From: Eledone cirrhosa
Taxonomy: Eukaryota
Assembly: GCA_964016885.1 (NCBI GenBank)
Contig: OZ024749.1
Location: forward strand, 10,478,001 to 10,542,000
Reading direction: 5' to 3'
DNA length: 64,000 nucleotides
In this document: positions 63,801 through 64,000 of the stretch, piece by piece
How the letters are laid out: each line of letters begins with the position of its first letter
How positions within the stretch are numbered: position 1 is the stretch's first letter
Made by a program: the position numbers and the translations under genes
Notes under the pieces: model-generated
Told to the model about the DNA's origin: nothing
The model's database searches: none
What the model saw: only the letters and a program-made list of their open reading frames with translations

Positions 63801-64000
63801 ATATGTCAGAGACCAGTCAGTGGTCAATGAGAACCATTAGCAAGGGTCAGATATGTCAGAGACCGGTCAGTGGTCAATGAGAACCATTAGTAAGGGTCAG
63901 ATATGTCAGAGACCGGTCAGTGGTCAATGAGAACCATTAGCAAGGGTCAGATATGTCAGAGACCGGTCAGTGGTCAATGAGAAATATTAGTAAGGGTCAG
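60853..64000. repeat. 50-bp satellite, at least 63 units, running off the window end
   Basis: Unit atatgtcagagaccagtcagtggtcaatgagaaccattagcaagggtcag. Confidence 0.99.

Overview
This is AT-rich, repeat-saturated animal genomic DNA, most likely an octopod cephalopod; that is inferred from the dominant SINE and RTE-LINE families, not from a search. The window lies inside one minus-strand host gene, ECM29/ECPAS (HEAT-repeat proteasome adaptor). I traced 19 consecutive GT-AG exons (60660 down to 4076) that splice in frame to 2064 nt / 688 codons. Both gene ends lie outside the window. The introns hold degenerate RTE, CR1-like, CRE-like and Penelope-like retroelements, two tRNA-type SINE families, a mariner, a piggyBac relic with its TTAA MITEs, a Chapaev3-type transposon, Helitrons and more than 10 minisatellites. 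Nearly all other ORFs in the track are TE remnants or repeat artefacts. The most notable observations are: (1) an inverted copy of an ECM29 exon end plus its splice donor sits 41 kb downstream in the same pre-mRNA; (2) several large arrays are demonstrably amplified from short segments of local transposons, with intermediate copy numbers visible; (3) two apparently independent SINE insertions hit the same nucleotide of a Helitron family; (4) an 86-nt near-perfect hairpin. I found no evidence for a prokaryotic-type system such as CRISPR.
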